A stretch of DNA of 64,000 nt, taken from positions 76,694,001 to 76,758,000 of the forward strand of contig OZ024742.1 of NCBI GenBank assembly GCA_964016885.1. The letters run 5' to 3'. The translations under genes were made by a program, and so were the position numbers. Position 1 is the stretch's first letter. Each line of letters opens with the position of its first letter. The DNA is from Eledone cirrhosa. Lineage: Eukaryota. The notes under the pieces are model-generated. The model did no database searches and was not told the origin of the DNA. It saw nothing but the letters and a program-made list of their open reading frames with translations. Below are positions 1 to 12,699 of this stretch, one piece after another.

Positions 1-546
1 AGGCGAAATGGAGGAATAGTAGCTGGCAATATCGAATTGAATAAATTTTAGTTTGTTTTTATTATCCAATTTGTTGAACCAGCCAATCACTTCAGAAGTA
101 CCAAACCATAAATTTAGGTTTAAAGAAGAGCAATTAGAACTAAGCTGTGGGATAATCCTATCCAAGATGGCTTTACTAACAACCCCCAGATCAGATTTAG
201 AGGGGGCGATTAATCTAACAGGTAGTTCAGTGCGAAAATTGTTTTTGTGATCTTTGAGATTTATCCTCCAAGAACTCCGAGGATAAATCTCAAAGATCAC
301 AAAAACAATTTTCGCACTGAACTACCTGTTAGATTAATCGCCCCCTCTAAATCTGATCTGGGGGTTGTTAGTAAAGCCATCTTGGATAGGATTATCCCAC
401 AGGTTAGTTCTAATTGCTCTTCTTTAAACCTAAATTTATGGTTTGGTACTTCTGAAGTGATTGGCTGGTTCAACAAATTGGATAATAAAAACAAACTAAA
501 ATTTATTCAATTCGATATTGCCAGCTACTATTCCTCCATTTCGCCT
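1..546. repeat. Near-perfect fold-back inverted repeat (arms 1-268 and 279-546, 10-nt loop) at the truncated 5' end of a PLE; may extend beyond the window
   Basis: 1-268 is the reverse complement of 279-546; ORFs 53..250(+) and 297..494(-) encode near-identical peptides. Confidence 0.95.
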
Positions 547-2317
547 TCACTTCTCAATAATTGTTTCTACTTTTGGCACAAGGCCAGCAATTATTCCAGT
601 ATATTACTGGCACTTTATTTTATCGACCCCGTAAGGATGAAAGGCAAAGTTAACCTCGGCGGGATTTGAACTCAGATCGTAAAGGGACATAACTATGCTG
701 GAAAGCATGTCCGACCCTCTACCGATACTGCCAATTCACCTCAATAATGCTCTATCTTTCGCACTTAAATATTCTGACATCACCACAGATGAACTTCACA
801 TCATCCTCACCGCACGTAAAACCATCCTAGAGTTCAACAACGAATATTGGACCAGAGCCGATACCTCTAACAACTTCGACATCACAATGGGAGCATCCGA
901 TTCATCCCAATTGACTGATTTAATTGGTATCTTCATTTTGAACTCTTTGAGTCGGAAAATTCCTCAACTTCGCGGTGGAATTTATCGTGACGATGGACTC
1001 TTTACTATCCTAAATTGCAATATAGTTAAACTTAATATTATTAAGAACAATATACGTAATCTCTTTAACCAACATAACCTAAAAATTGAATTTGATAATA
1101 GTACCAAACTAGCTAATTTCTTGGATGTATCTCTTAATCTTGACACTGGCCTATATTACCCTTACCATAAAAACAATGAGAATCTTAATTATGTTAACTT
1201 TAAATCTAACCATCCTACCAATATCAAGAATGCTATAGTTAATAATATTGGAAATAGAATATCTAACATATCTTCTAATAAAAACATCTTTGATGCTAAC
1301 GCCAATTACTATAATAACGCACTTTCTAAAGCCGGCTATCCAGATAAAATCAAATATAATAAAGAAACAAATTCTAGGAAAACTTACAGTAGAATATTTA
1401 ATCATAACCATTCCAATAATTTTAATAAAAGACCTAGATACAAAAACATAATCTGGTATAATGCTCCTTTCTCCATCTCTATTAATAACAATATTCCTAA
1501 ATTATTTTTTAGTGCCTTAAATAAATGCTTCCCTCCCTCACATATCTATAGTAAAATATTTAACAAACACACCATCAAATTTTCGTATTCTACATCCTCC
1601 AATATTTCCAACATCATCTCTAAACACAACAACAAAATATTAAATACTAAATCTCTTCCTTCCAATATTGAATCTCATAATAACAATAATAGTACTCCTG
1701 ACGTCATTGTAAACCCTAGGCTAACTTCTGTAAACCCAAATGCAACGTCAAACACAACTTCGCTAAATGTTCATAATCCAACTCTAAATCAAGAAACTAT
1801 TATTCCTATTATTCCTATCGCAAACAACTTCTCCAATCCAATTCCTTCTATAGATAACACTAGATCACTCATTAATAATCTCTCTAATTGCAACTGCCGC
1901 ATTAAAAATAAATGTCCTCTCAACAACCATTGCCTCGATAAAAACTTAATTTATGAATGTAAAATTATAACTAGCACCAATTCCTTCACCTATTTTGGCT
2001 CCACTTCCACCTCTTTTAAAGCTCGTCTCTATAATCATCATTCATCTTTCAAATACAAACTTAAAAGAACTAACACTGCTCTCTCAGAACTCATATGGTC
2101 CTTAAAAGACAAAAACATTAAATATAACATCTTTTGGGAAAAGATTTCTTCTGCATCCTCGTACTTGAACAGCTCTCTATCTAAAATCTGTAATCTCTGC
2201 CTAAATGAAAAATTTACCATTATCTCTAACCTAGAATCCATAATAAATAGACGCTCGGATTTGTTTTCCATCTGCCTGCATAACTTCCATAGAACTTTTC
2301 ACAAAGTATACAGTTAA
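280..2317 (+). pseudogene. PLE reverse transcriptase + GIY-YIG endonuclease, interrupted by a SINE at 562-739
   Basis: Motifs FIQFDIASYY, FDITMGASD, GIYRDDGL, NFLDVSL, IIWYNAPFS, CNCRIKNKCPLNNHC, LIYECK..TYFGST..FKARLYNH, CNLC, RRSDLFSICLH. Removing the SINE and one TSD rejoins SPSLLNN to ALSF in frame. Confidence 0.92.
562..739 (-). mobile_element. tRNA-derived SINE (family 1) with 9-bp TSD CTCAATAAT
   Basis: Minus strand has A-box-like TGGCAGTATCGG and B-box GAGTTCAAATCC; TSD at 553-561 and 740-748; about 9 other copies in the window. Confidence 0.92.
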
Positions 2318-2373
2318 TATTCAATTCTTTATCAATTTAGAATCTTTTCTCAAAGGCACATATACATACACCT

Positions 2374-3480
2374 CTTTAAAATATACCCATCTACCTTACT
2401 TTAAAGGGCATTATACACTCTATAATACTCGTTTACTCATTTCCCTCATCCTATCTTCTCGTAAAACAATAACATTTGTTTTTGACATTTTGAATATTCA
2501 TCCGCAATCATTATTATTTTTTCCCTCTATCATAAATCTTTTTAATCTCAATTTCATCCTTAATTTATTATTATATATTTTTTTTAATATATACTCATAT
2601 ATTCTTTAAAATATACCCATCTACCTTACTTTAAAGGGCATTATACACTCTATAATACCCGTTTACTCATCACCCTCATTATATCTCCTCGTAAAACAAT
2701 AACATTTGTTTTTGACATTTTGAGTATTCATCCGCAATCATTATTATTTTTTCTCTCTATCATAAATCTTTTTAATCTCAATTTCATCCTTAATTTATTA
2801 TTATTTTTTTCTCCCCATCAACGAACTCATTATTAATACATATGAATTCAATATAAAAACTTTAACTTCACATTATTTTTCTCAAATCCTTCTACACATA
2901 AACTTTTTCTCTTTGCTAATTTTAAAATTCCTACATTTCTCCTTTTGACGTTAGAATATTCACCCACAATTATTATTTTTTTCTCTCTATCTCCATACAT
3001 AATTTCCCTTCGTTATTTTTTTCTCTCTATCTCCATACATAATTTCCCTTCGTTATTTTTTTCTCTCTATCTCCATACATAATTTCCCTTGGTTAATTTT
3101 CAAATTCCTTTAATTTATACATTATCTTCCAACGGTTCCCAACCTCTCTATATTAAAACATTATATCTTTTTCTCAGTTATAAAAACTATCTCTTTCTCT
3201 CTATCACCCATCTCTCCCTTTCCACCTTCACTCTCATCTCCTCCCCTTTTTTTTCATCCTTTCCACCCCCACCCCTCCCTAAATATAATATATTTTTTCC
3301 TCGCACATATCCTCCCTTCGTTAATTTTCAAATTTTTTAATTTATACAGTATCTTCCAACGGTTTTCAACACCTCTATATAAAATATATCTCCTCTCAGT
3401 TATAAAAACTATCTCTTTCTCTCTATCACCCATCTCTCCCTCTCATCTCCTTCCCTTTTCATCCTTTTCTCTCCCCCCCT
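2374..3480 (+). repeat. Tandem duplications in the PLE 3' UTR (about 230-bp x2, about 44-bp x3, about 230-bp x2)
   Basis: 2374-2575 matches 2604-2805; repeated ttttctctctatctccatacataatttccctt at 2978-3090; 3090-3260 matches 3318-3480. Confidence 0.85.
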
Positions 3481-3597
3481 CTCTAAATAAAATATTTTTC
3501 CCAATATCACACATCAATCTAAAACCACTTTTCATATGTTGATTTAAAACTGCACTATCAACAAGTGTTTTTTTAGCCTTCATATCATGTTCTCCTG

Positions 3598-3664
3598 TTT
3601 TATCTGATGAAAACACAAATATTATTGTTTGATGATGTTTGTTTTTGAAATGCGCATAATAAAA
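3598..3664 (+). ncRNA. Type I hammerhead ribozyme
   Basis: Stem I TTTTAT/ATAAAA, core CTGATGA, long stem II, GAAA, palindromic stem III ATGCGCAT, cleavage triplet AUA. Confidence 0.8.
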
Positions 3665-3702
3665 TATATTGAACTCCTTTAACCATCTTTTGATCTTATA
3701 TT

Positions 3703-3736
3703 ATATATATATATATATATATATATTCTACTATTC

Positions 3737-3815
<79 letters not shown>
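3703..3815. repeat. (TA)n microsatellite, representative of many (e.g. 9010-9157, 16283-16374, 31093-31170, 37027-37105, 41168-41302, 46027-46132, 57195-57240)
   Basis: Directly visible; explains the spurious YIYIYI ORFs. Confidence 0.99.
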
Positions 3816-3818
<3 letters not shown>

Positions 3819-4030
3819 TTTACGTATCGAGAAAGAGAAAAAAAGGGGGGATAGGTGATACATATAGTTATTTGCCAAGTAGCGTATGCCAAAGGTGCTC
3901 GATACTAGTGCCTGCAGTATTAAATATTCGAAGTGTTAATATTTAGTGGGCTAGAGAGTTAGCAGAGCGTAAGCACGTGGGAAAGTAAAAAATCGGAGAA
4001 TAGACCGTTAAAACATGTTTATTTAAAATA

Positions 4031-4070
4031 TCACCTACGTACGTTTCGCCCAGTTGGGCTTCTCAAGGGC
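4031..4070 (-). ncRNA. Hammerhead-like motif with variant core (CTTGAGA)
   Basis: Minus strand reads CC-CTTGAGA-A-GCCCA-ac-TGGGC-GAAA-CGTACG-TA-GG. Confidence 0.5.
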
Positions 4071-5424
4071 ATAAATAATCACAAGTGCTCCTTATATTGC
4101 TCGGAAAGAGTTTTGGGGGTTAAATCCACATCAAGGTTCATTGCTCGCAAAAATATCTTGTTTTGATTTTGCAGCAAGTCAAGGGAGGTAACTCTGGCCG
4201 GTGTTAGGGTAGTCTTTCCCGGACAATTTTCTTTTTTTTTTTTTTTTGCCGCATCCGTTTGTCTGAGGCTGGGTCTGGTATGCAAGGATTGTTGCCTGGG
4301 TGTTATTTTGCATTGCCTGCCCTCCGGGGTGTTAAGACTTGTTGCGGGGAGATCCAATGTACTATTTCACTCTTTATCCTTATCCCATCTGAAGAAGGAT
4401 ATTTTTAAGCGATTTTTATACGTATATATATATATACGTATATGTATGCATAATATGTACATATCAATATAAAAGGTTTAACACATTATATACTTCAACA
4501 TAGCTTCACACAGGTTTCACTTGTGAGATTATAGATATAAAAAGTTATCAAAACGCAAATTAGCTTACCCTATGTTAGACGTAAAATTGAGACAAACGTT
4601 GAACGTCGGAATTCGGCATCTTTTGAATTTGGAAACATTCGCTTATAATTCTGTGCAATATTCTTTAGAAGTGTTTATTACTACACCATTCGATTGAACG
4701 ATGTAATTGAGAGTGAGAAACTGTTCAGAAAATACACAATCACTCACACATACACACACACAGACACACACTGCTCATACTTTTTAGTATGTAGACAAGA
4801 CGGAAATCGTGATGTGATTAGTAACATCTTTATACACGCTACTTTAATGAGAGCGGAGAGTAGATCTTTCACATTTATCTGCTTTGCTGGTAAAAATTAA
4901 CCGATATATATCTCGCGCACTGTGAAACTTTTTGCATTTCCTAGGGGGTGTCACATACAGTCACATACACAAATGCACACGAACATAGTTCACTTATATA
5001 CATACTCACAGACACACACACAGACACACACATACCCACACAGACACACACAGACACAGACACACACAGGCATATATATATATATAGAACCACCCGGATT
5101 TAAATGTACTAACCTCCCATCACTCCTGTTATTAACTCTCAACTAACTAACGGTTCATTAAATAAACATGGTAATTCCCCCAACCTTTCTTTCCCCTTCT
5201 CTCTATAGTCGCATCACCTCCATTGTCTCATCCTCGAATCCTTACTCTTAATTCTCTAACTCCTGTTCATTTTCTCTTTCTCTCTTAGTGTTTATTTTAA
5301 TCCTTTTCTACTCAATACACTATATATTTTCACCAATATTTCACCCATCATATATCGCATTTCTTTTCATGTTATTGTTATCATTACTGTCATCACTATT
5401 TACACATCCAATTACTCACCATTG

Positions 5425-5529
5425 GGATTGGCAGTATCAGTAGAAAGCCATGCTTTGCAGCATAGAGTTCCGCCGAGCTTCACTTTGCGTTTCATCCTTA
5501 CGGGGTCGATAAAAGAAAGTACCAGTAAT
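5425..5529 (+). mobile_element. SINE family 1, internally deleted copy
   Basis: ggattggcagtatc...tttcatccttacggggtcgataaaa..gtaccagtaat. Confidence 0.8.
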
Positions 5530-5738
5530 GGCATTGTGTCAATAGTAGAAACAGTTATAACTTCATCTACCACTACTACTATTAACAATAACTGTATTTT
5601 TGGTCTTTTTATTATTTTTTTAATTATTTTTTTTTATTATTTTTTTATTTTTTATCATTTCATTACTTTTTAGTATTGTTTTCATTTACTTTATTCTCCG
5701 ATGTATCTATAAATACCAGTGCCCTGTGTTATATCCTT

Positions 5739-5845
5739 CAGTATTCCGATGAATTGATCAGAGACACATACTGTATTTAAGGTCGAGTGAAGCAATTTCT
5801 AATGATTAGCGGCCTTTAGACACATTTGATCTATTGTTAATACTG
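5739..5845 (+). ncRNA. Degenerate long-stem-II hammerhead; related copies at 51491-51586 and 54111-54221
   Basis: Stem I CAGTATT/AATACTG and core CCGATGA; GAAAC is lost here but present as GAAACAATTGT(T/C) in the other two copies, which share downstream sequence. Confidence 0.6.
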
Positions 5846-5903
5846 TAAATAAAACCCTTTTTGTAAGGCCGACCTAGTTATTTTTCACTCTTTCACTATA
5901 TTT

Positions 5904-7904
5904 ATGTATACATCTCTCCCACCGCTCCTTCGTCACATCCGCCTTCTTCAAACCCACCGTCTTCACTCCTACCTCAACTTCACTCCTCCCACCTACACAC
6001 ACACCAAACACTGCATTCCCTACTACCAACTCCTCCGGATCCGCCGCCTCTGCAGCCGAGAACTGACTTCAAGAGTCAGGCCCTGTCTCTGGTCAGCCAT
6101 TTCATCAAGAGAGGTTACCCCTCTCCCTCGACCACGCCGCCCTCACTCGCGCTCATACAGACCGCCGCTCTACCACCCTCACCCAACGCCCCCACGCCCC
6201 CACACTTCTTTCTCATTCCACCTCACCTAACACCACTCCTACCACCATTCCTCCCTGCCCTTCCACCGCACATATTTCCGGCTCTTCCGATGCCGTCGGC
6301 CGACCACTCCACCTCCCTCAACCTCCCATCGCCACCCCGTCCCGTCCTTCAAAAGCGCGCGCAACTTCCGCAACGTCCTCGTCCGCAGCTATTCACGCTA
6401 TTCATACACCCTACTACCACCACTAACTCCCACCTATACATCCACATCCGACTACCCCAACAATAACAATACTAAACATCCCCCAACACAACTTCCCCCA
6501 CACCACACACACACGAACAAACACCAGCATAGATACACTCACCCACACCCTGGTACACACCGATACATCACCCACTCCACACCCGCGCTACCACCACTAA
6601 CCCCCACCCACACATCCGCATTCGACACCCCCACAACTAATTATACTAACACCCATCATACCTCACACACACAAACAAACTCATACCCAAACACGCACAC
6701 ACACACCAGTACATTACACTCACTCATACAGTCCCCATTACCTTTTCTCTCTCCCTCCGTGCTACCCCCCGCCACGCATCCTACCAACACATCCACTAAT
6801 TTACTCATACCCCCCCCACTATATATACACCTCCACTCTCTCCCGCAACTCTTCACACTAACCCACCTCCTTTCCTGTCTACCGCACCTCCGCACACGCA
6901 TACACACATTCCATACAAACATACAGACCATCCCTACCACTCGCCTTTCTGTCATCTTCCTCACTGCTTTCTCCTCTCTCTCGCATCCTTCGCCCTGGCC
7001 TCTCTACCGCCTGCTTGACTTTCTTGACCACTTCCTATTGCGCGCGGACCCCACACCTCTCTACTTCCTCCGCACCATTCCACGGGTTCTACACCTCTGT
7101 TCACACGCTCCAGACATCCACCTTCTTATACTCAGATTTTTCACCATCTCTCCATACACTCACCGAGAAAACATTCAGGAACACACACAAAAACAGTTAC
7201 ACTATTTTCGCACACATGCAACCGTACGTTCCCACGTATCCATACCACACAAACACAAACACACACATGCGTATCCTCAGATACACATATTCGGACCTCG
7301 GATTTCTCACTCCCCTCTCCACCACGCCCTCTGACCCCTCTCCATCCACACAAACAAACCCACTGAGTTACACCCACTCCATGTACACACTGTGTTTCCT
7401 ATTAACCGAACATGGAACCTCGTTCTTCACATCCACACATACACACACACCAATTTCCGCCCTCCCCGCTCGGACCTCCTGCTCCTTCTCCCGTCTCCTC
7501 TTCTCCATCCACCCAGGACCAGCCCTAACCGCCTCACACCCTTTTACCGTTTGTTTCATTTTAATTTTTTTATACTCTTTTAAATTGTTTTCCTTCACCT
7601 TAACCCCCTCCCCTTTTAATGTCTTTCCACCATTTCCCTTCACACTCTCGGAACTCTTTTCCTTCCCACTGTTCTCCTGATGAAGGGCGTGTGCCCGAAA
7701 CGTCGTCCGCCACCGCCACTCTCAAGCGTGAACCTAATACTAGCATGTTGTAGTGCCTTCTTCGTATTTCCTGGCGTCGAGGATGCACACTGATTTTGCC
7801 AACCAAATATTTGGAAAAAAATAATAAACAACATCCAGGATGCATGGTAGCATTTTGTGACTTTTTTAGGAAAAAAGTAGCGTCTTCAACGTCGGGAAAA
7901 ACGG

Positions 7905-7910
<6 letters not shown>
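5904..7910 (+). mobile_element. Degenerate PLE (thumb-domain remnant, C/A-rich 3' region, HHR), ending in (TA)n
   Basis: Frameshifted HSYLNFT..HTKHCIPYYQLLRIRRLCS, FSFHLT, SFKSARNFRNVLVRS; HHR at 7672-7783. Confidence 0.75.
7672..7783 (+). ncRNA. Type I hammerhead with about 65-nt loop in stem III
   Basis: TTCTC-CTGATGA-A-GGGC gtgt GCCC-GAAACGTCG...TGGCGTC-GAGGA; all three stems can pair, GUC cleavage site. Confidence 0.75.
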
Positions 7911-7938
<28 letters not shown>

Positions 7939-8037
7939 CTCTTTTACTCTTTTACCTGTTTCAGCCATCCGGCTGAGGCCATGCTGGGGCATATAAATAT
8001 ATATAAATATATATATATATATTTATATATTTATATA

Positions 8038-9157
<1,120 letters not shown>

Positions 9158-9974
9158 GTGTGTGTACAAATCACGTGATATAGAGATATTATTATCTATT
9201 AACCTTTTTTCCAAATACCTTTATATTTCCCTTACACAAGGAGTGGAAATTGTCTTTCACAAAATAGGTTTTCAGAAATAGTCATGATGATGTAATTAGT
9301 TTTGCGCTAACCGTTTTCGCTCCGAGTAGCTTTACAAAGTTCCAATTTTATTGTATACGGATGTGTATTTTCTCTGTGTTTTACTAGTCACTCCAAGGGA
9401 AATAACTGTGAGTGAGTTGTGGTTTTAGTGTTGGCAGCAGTGATGATACTGTCGACGTCTCACTGCTAACACGACAACCAATGTTATTTTCCAAACTCTT
9501 GAAACCCTTTGAATATCAGTTTCAAAGCAAGCAGTTCCAGTTTGATTTTGAAAACGGAATCTCGATAGGGTTTAAATACACAATAATCTCCGATATCTGA
9601 ATGGCTAAATATCAGCAGAAGGGCATCCAGGAGTGATGACATGGATGTAGCCCGGAATCCTTTAAGTGTATAAGTATTAGAAGTTAAGGGCCGAAACACT
9701 AAAACTCTGCTGAAAGAATCTGCCTTCATTCTAACACTTTGCTAAATGCCGTTCCAACACGGATAAAACAAAACTACTTTGATAATCAGGACAAATTCTA
9801 AACGCATACGTATATTAGAAAACTATCTCGATAATTACATTTATATCGATATTTTAAAGGTACACATGTGTAAAGGAAACATTAACGCCTCTTAAAATCT
9901 ATATTACTATTGTCCCATACCCCCCCCCCACACACACACACACACACATACATATATATCTAAATATATATAGC

Positions 9975-10250
9975 AATAATAATAAATTTGAAGACTAAAA
10001 TGCAAAGAGGGATCGATAAGGACAAATATATATCAGTTATATAAAACCGTATATCAATGACGTATTATCTTAGTTTTTTCCGTTCATTACCAGAGAACAT
10101 CTCCATGAACCGTCTCCATGAATATTAGTCTACGACTTCGTTTATAGCATAAACGTGGTTTTGTCTTTGCGTGTAATTGTTTTCACGCACCAAATAATGA
10201 CGTATTATCTTCGTTTTTTCCCGTTCTTGCCAAGGGAACGTTTACACGAA
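9975..10250. repeat. Unclassified interspersed repeat, also at 23571-23716 and 52141-52635
   Basis: Shared tgacgtattat..cgttttttcccgttc..gggaacgttt and inverted matches between the three loci. Confidence 0.7.
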
Positions 10251-10382
10251 CCAGGTGGACCATAACGCACCAAAGTACTCGATACTTAGGGTAGTTGAGT
10301 GGGTAATAGGAAGAATCAGGTCTCTGACGGCTGAGTTCCGGCCGTTCCGACAGCTAGATCCGAACGTTCGGATCTAGCTGTC
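10250..10382 (-). mobile_element. 3'-terminal fragment of Naiad-type family D with perfect terminal palindrome; other copies at 16105-16282 and 63741-63877
   Basis: Reverse complement of 27988-28110; palindrome gacagctagatccgaacgttcggatctagctgtc at 10349-10382. Confidence 0.75.
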
Positions 10383-11485
10383 AGGTACACATGTTGTTGA
10401 AATGTGTTTCACTCTGTCAATACATCGATATGTCCAGCTCCTGGGTGTGTTGGTAGTCCTCCGAGGAACTGGAATACTATTGGCTAGAACAAACGAATTT
10501 CACCGTCATAGGACACGCTCTTATCCACTATTCAGTCAAAAGTCGATAGAAATTCTTCTGAGGCAGTCAGTCTGTTATAGTTGTTTTTGTCAGAATGTTT
10601 AAGTACAACTGACCTCCTTCACTGTGTTGGTGTTAAGATGTCAGCTAGCAGGTTAACTTTAGTATGCTGTTGTTATGGTCTGAAGAATTTATGTGTGTAG
10701 ACTGGCATCTATCCTGCCACCATTTCCCATGGTGGGGAATGACAAACAAATAAAGAATGCGTGTGTTACAACCAATATCAAACATTTTGAAAAATATAAA
10801 CTGAAATAAAAAAAACTGTGTGTCAGAATCGAGAAGTGTAAAGAATTACAATTCTTATTCTAACATAGAGTACGTACGTGTGATTGCCCGTCAGCGCGCG
10901 TATATGCGCGTGCACACGTATAAACACAGGTTCGGGCATTCATCTATTTACGTCCACACAGTCTTACAAAAGATGGGTGCGTTTTAAAAACAATTAAGTT
11001 AAAAGTGGGGTGAAAAATTAAATACCAACAAACTGTGTCAAAATCCAGAAGTGTAAAGGACTACATTTCCTATTTCAGCATAAAGTACATATGTGTGTTT
11101 GTTAACCGACACCGTTGCAAGCAGACACGCACAAACACAGGCTCAGGTGCATTCCCATATTACGTCTACACAGTCACACACACGCATACATGCACGCATA
11201 CATATAATTCAATATATGCCCACATGTGAATACACCCAACGGACACAGGGTCAAAGTCATCCCTGGAAATGGGGAGAGGGGTAAGCGGTAGTAATAGGCA
11301 AGTCATATTTACTTGTGGTATTTATCCCTGACTCATGCGTACGAAGGGGGTCGGGTTCCAGGCAGGATATCCTCCGGGTATTCAGGTCACAACCCGGGGT
11401 CGGGCGTCGGGGTCCGCTGGTCGGAAATCTGGGCTACCCGTTTGCACAGAAGATAGGACTCCACCGACGTACTTCGTCTATTTAT

Positions 11486-11534
<49 letters not shown>

Positions 11535-11623
11535 TTCGTTTCTGAATTTGTTTAGCAAGATTCTTTATCTGAAATCGTGTGTTGAAACCGATATATCGGT
11601 TTCAACACACGGTTTCAACACAC

Positions 11624-12659
11624 GGTTTCAATATCGGTTTCAACACACGATTTCAGATAAAGAATCTTGCTAAACAAATTCAGAAACGAAATATCGTAAG
11701 CCTTAGCCAGGCTAACAAGATACTGAAAACCACCATGTTCTGTTGTCTACGAAAAACCATAACATCTCGACAACTACACTTCATAAAACTGTGCACCACT
11801 TCTAGAATCTACACCAACACCATCAATACCGACGTTAGAAGATTACAACTCACCAAAAAACAAGCAGATAGGCTAAAACGAACTTTAATTCTAAACATAA
11901 AAAAGAAGATCTATAGAGAATTAAGTCATCAAGAAAAACTAAAGCGTAACCTAATACAAGAAATATCTAAAATCACCACACCAGCAGAAAAACTAACATT
12001 TATAAGCCTTATACGCCCCGAAGAACAGTACATTACTCAAGAATGTGATAAGCACTTTAACAGAAAATTAAAGTGGCTTAAACAGGCAAAGCTAAATCGG
12101 GATACTATAGAGTATACCAATAGATATCCCGACAAAATTGACGGTATCAACATGGCCGACACCTCATTATCTGAAGAGTTCAACAACGAAAATACCAACA
12201 TTTATGGAAACACGGAAATAGATAATAATGAAATGTCTGTATTACGTCTGCCACCCAAATTTGCGACATTCAAGAAGGTAAATATGATTAGTTGTCTGTC
12301 AGAAATAGAAAAATCATTTACAAAACTACGCTGGAGCATCAAAAACAAAAGCAACAATATACGCACACACATATACAACACACATCCCAACAACAACAGA
12401 CACACAGACACAAACAACAATAACAACAACAACAATAGCAACATACCCAGATAAAACAACAACAACAATAGCAACATACCCAGATACCACAACAACAGAC
12501 ACGCAGACACAAACAACAATAACAACACACACAGCAACGATAACACACACGGAGACAACAATAACAACAACACACGCATCAACAACAATAGCAACGTACC
12601 CAGATACAACAACAACAGACACGCAGACACAAACAACAATAACAACACACACAACAACG

Positions 12660-12699
<40 letters not shown>

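Larger units (their letters stand above)
279..3700 (+). mobile_element. Naiad-type Penelope-like element (family A), 5'-truncated, with long 3' UTR and HHR, ending in (TA)n
   Basis: RT-GIY-YIG ORF, repeat-rich 3' UTR, HHR at 3598-3664, (TA)n from about 3703. Confidence 0.9.

Noticed and set aside
695-2317. Selenocysteine recoding, known in some Naiad PLEs
   Set aside because: Conserved Cys positions I checked in families A, C and G are not TGA. The in-frame TGAs seen (FPR*HRY near 48390; 22033 in family B) are at non-Cys positions and look like ordinary nonsense mutations.
2978-3090. CRISPR-like array
   Set aside because: It is a simple tandem repeat without unique spacers, in eukaryotic context with no cas genes.
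9484-9729. Possible host exons (also 45588-45680 and 59536-59724)
   Set aside because: Short ORFs with no recognisable domain or consistent splice chain.
10810-11180. Diverged tandem duplications (about 220-bp here, about 315-bp at 17430-17920)
   Set aside because: They are real but look like old local duplications with no functional signal.
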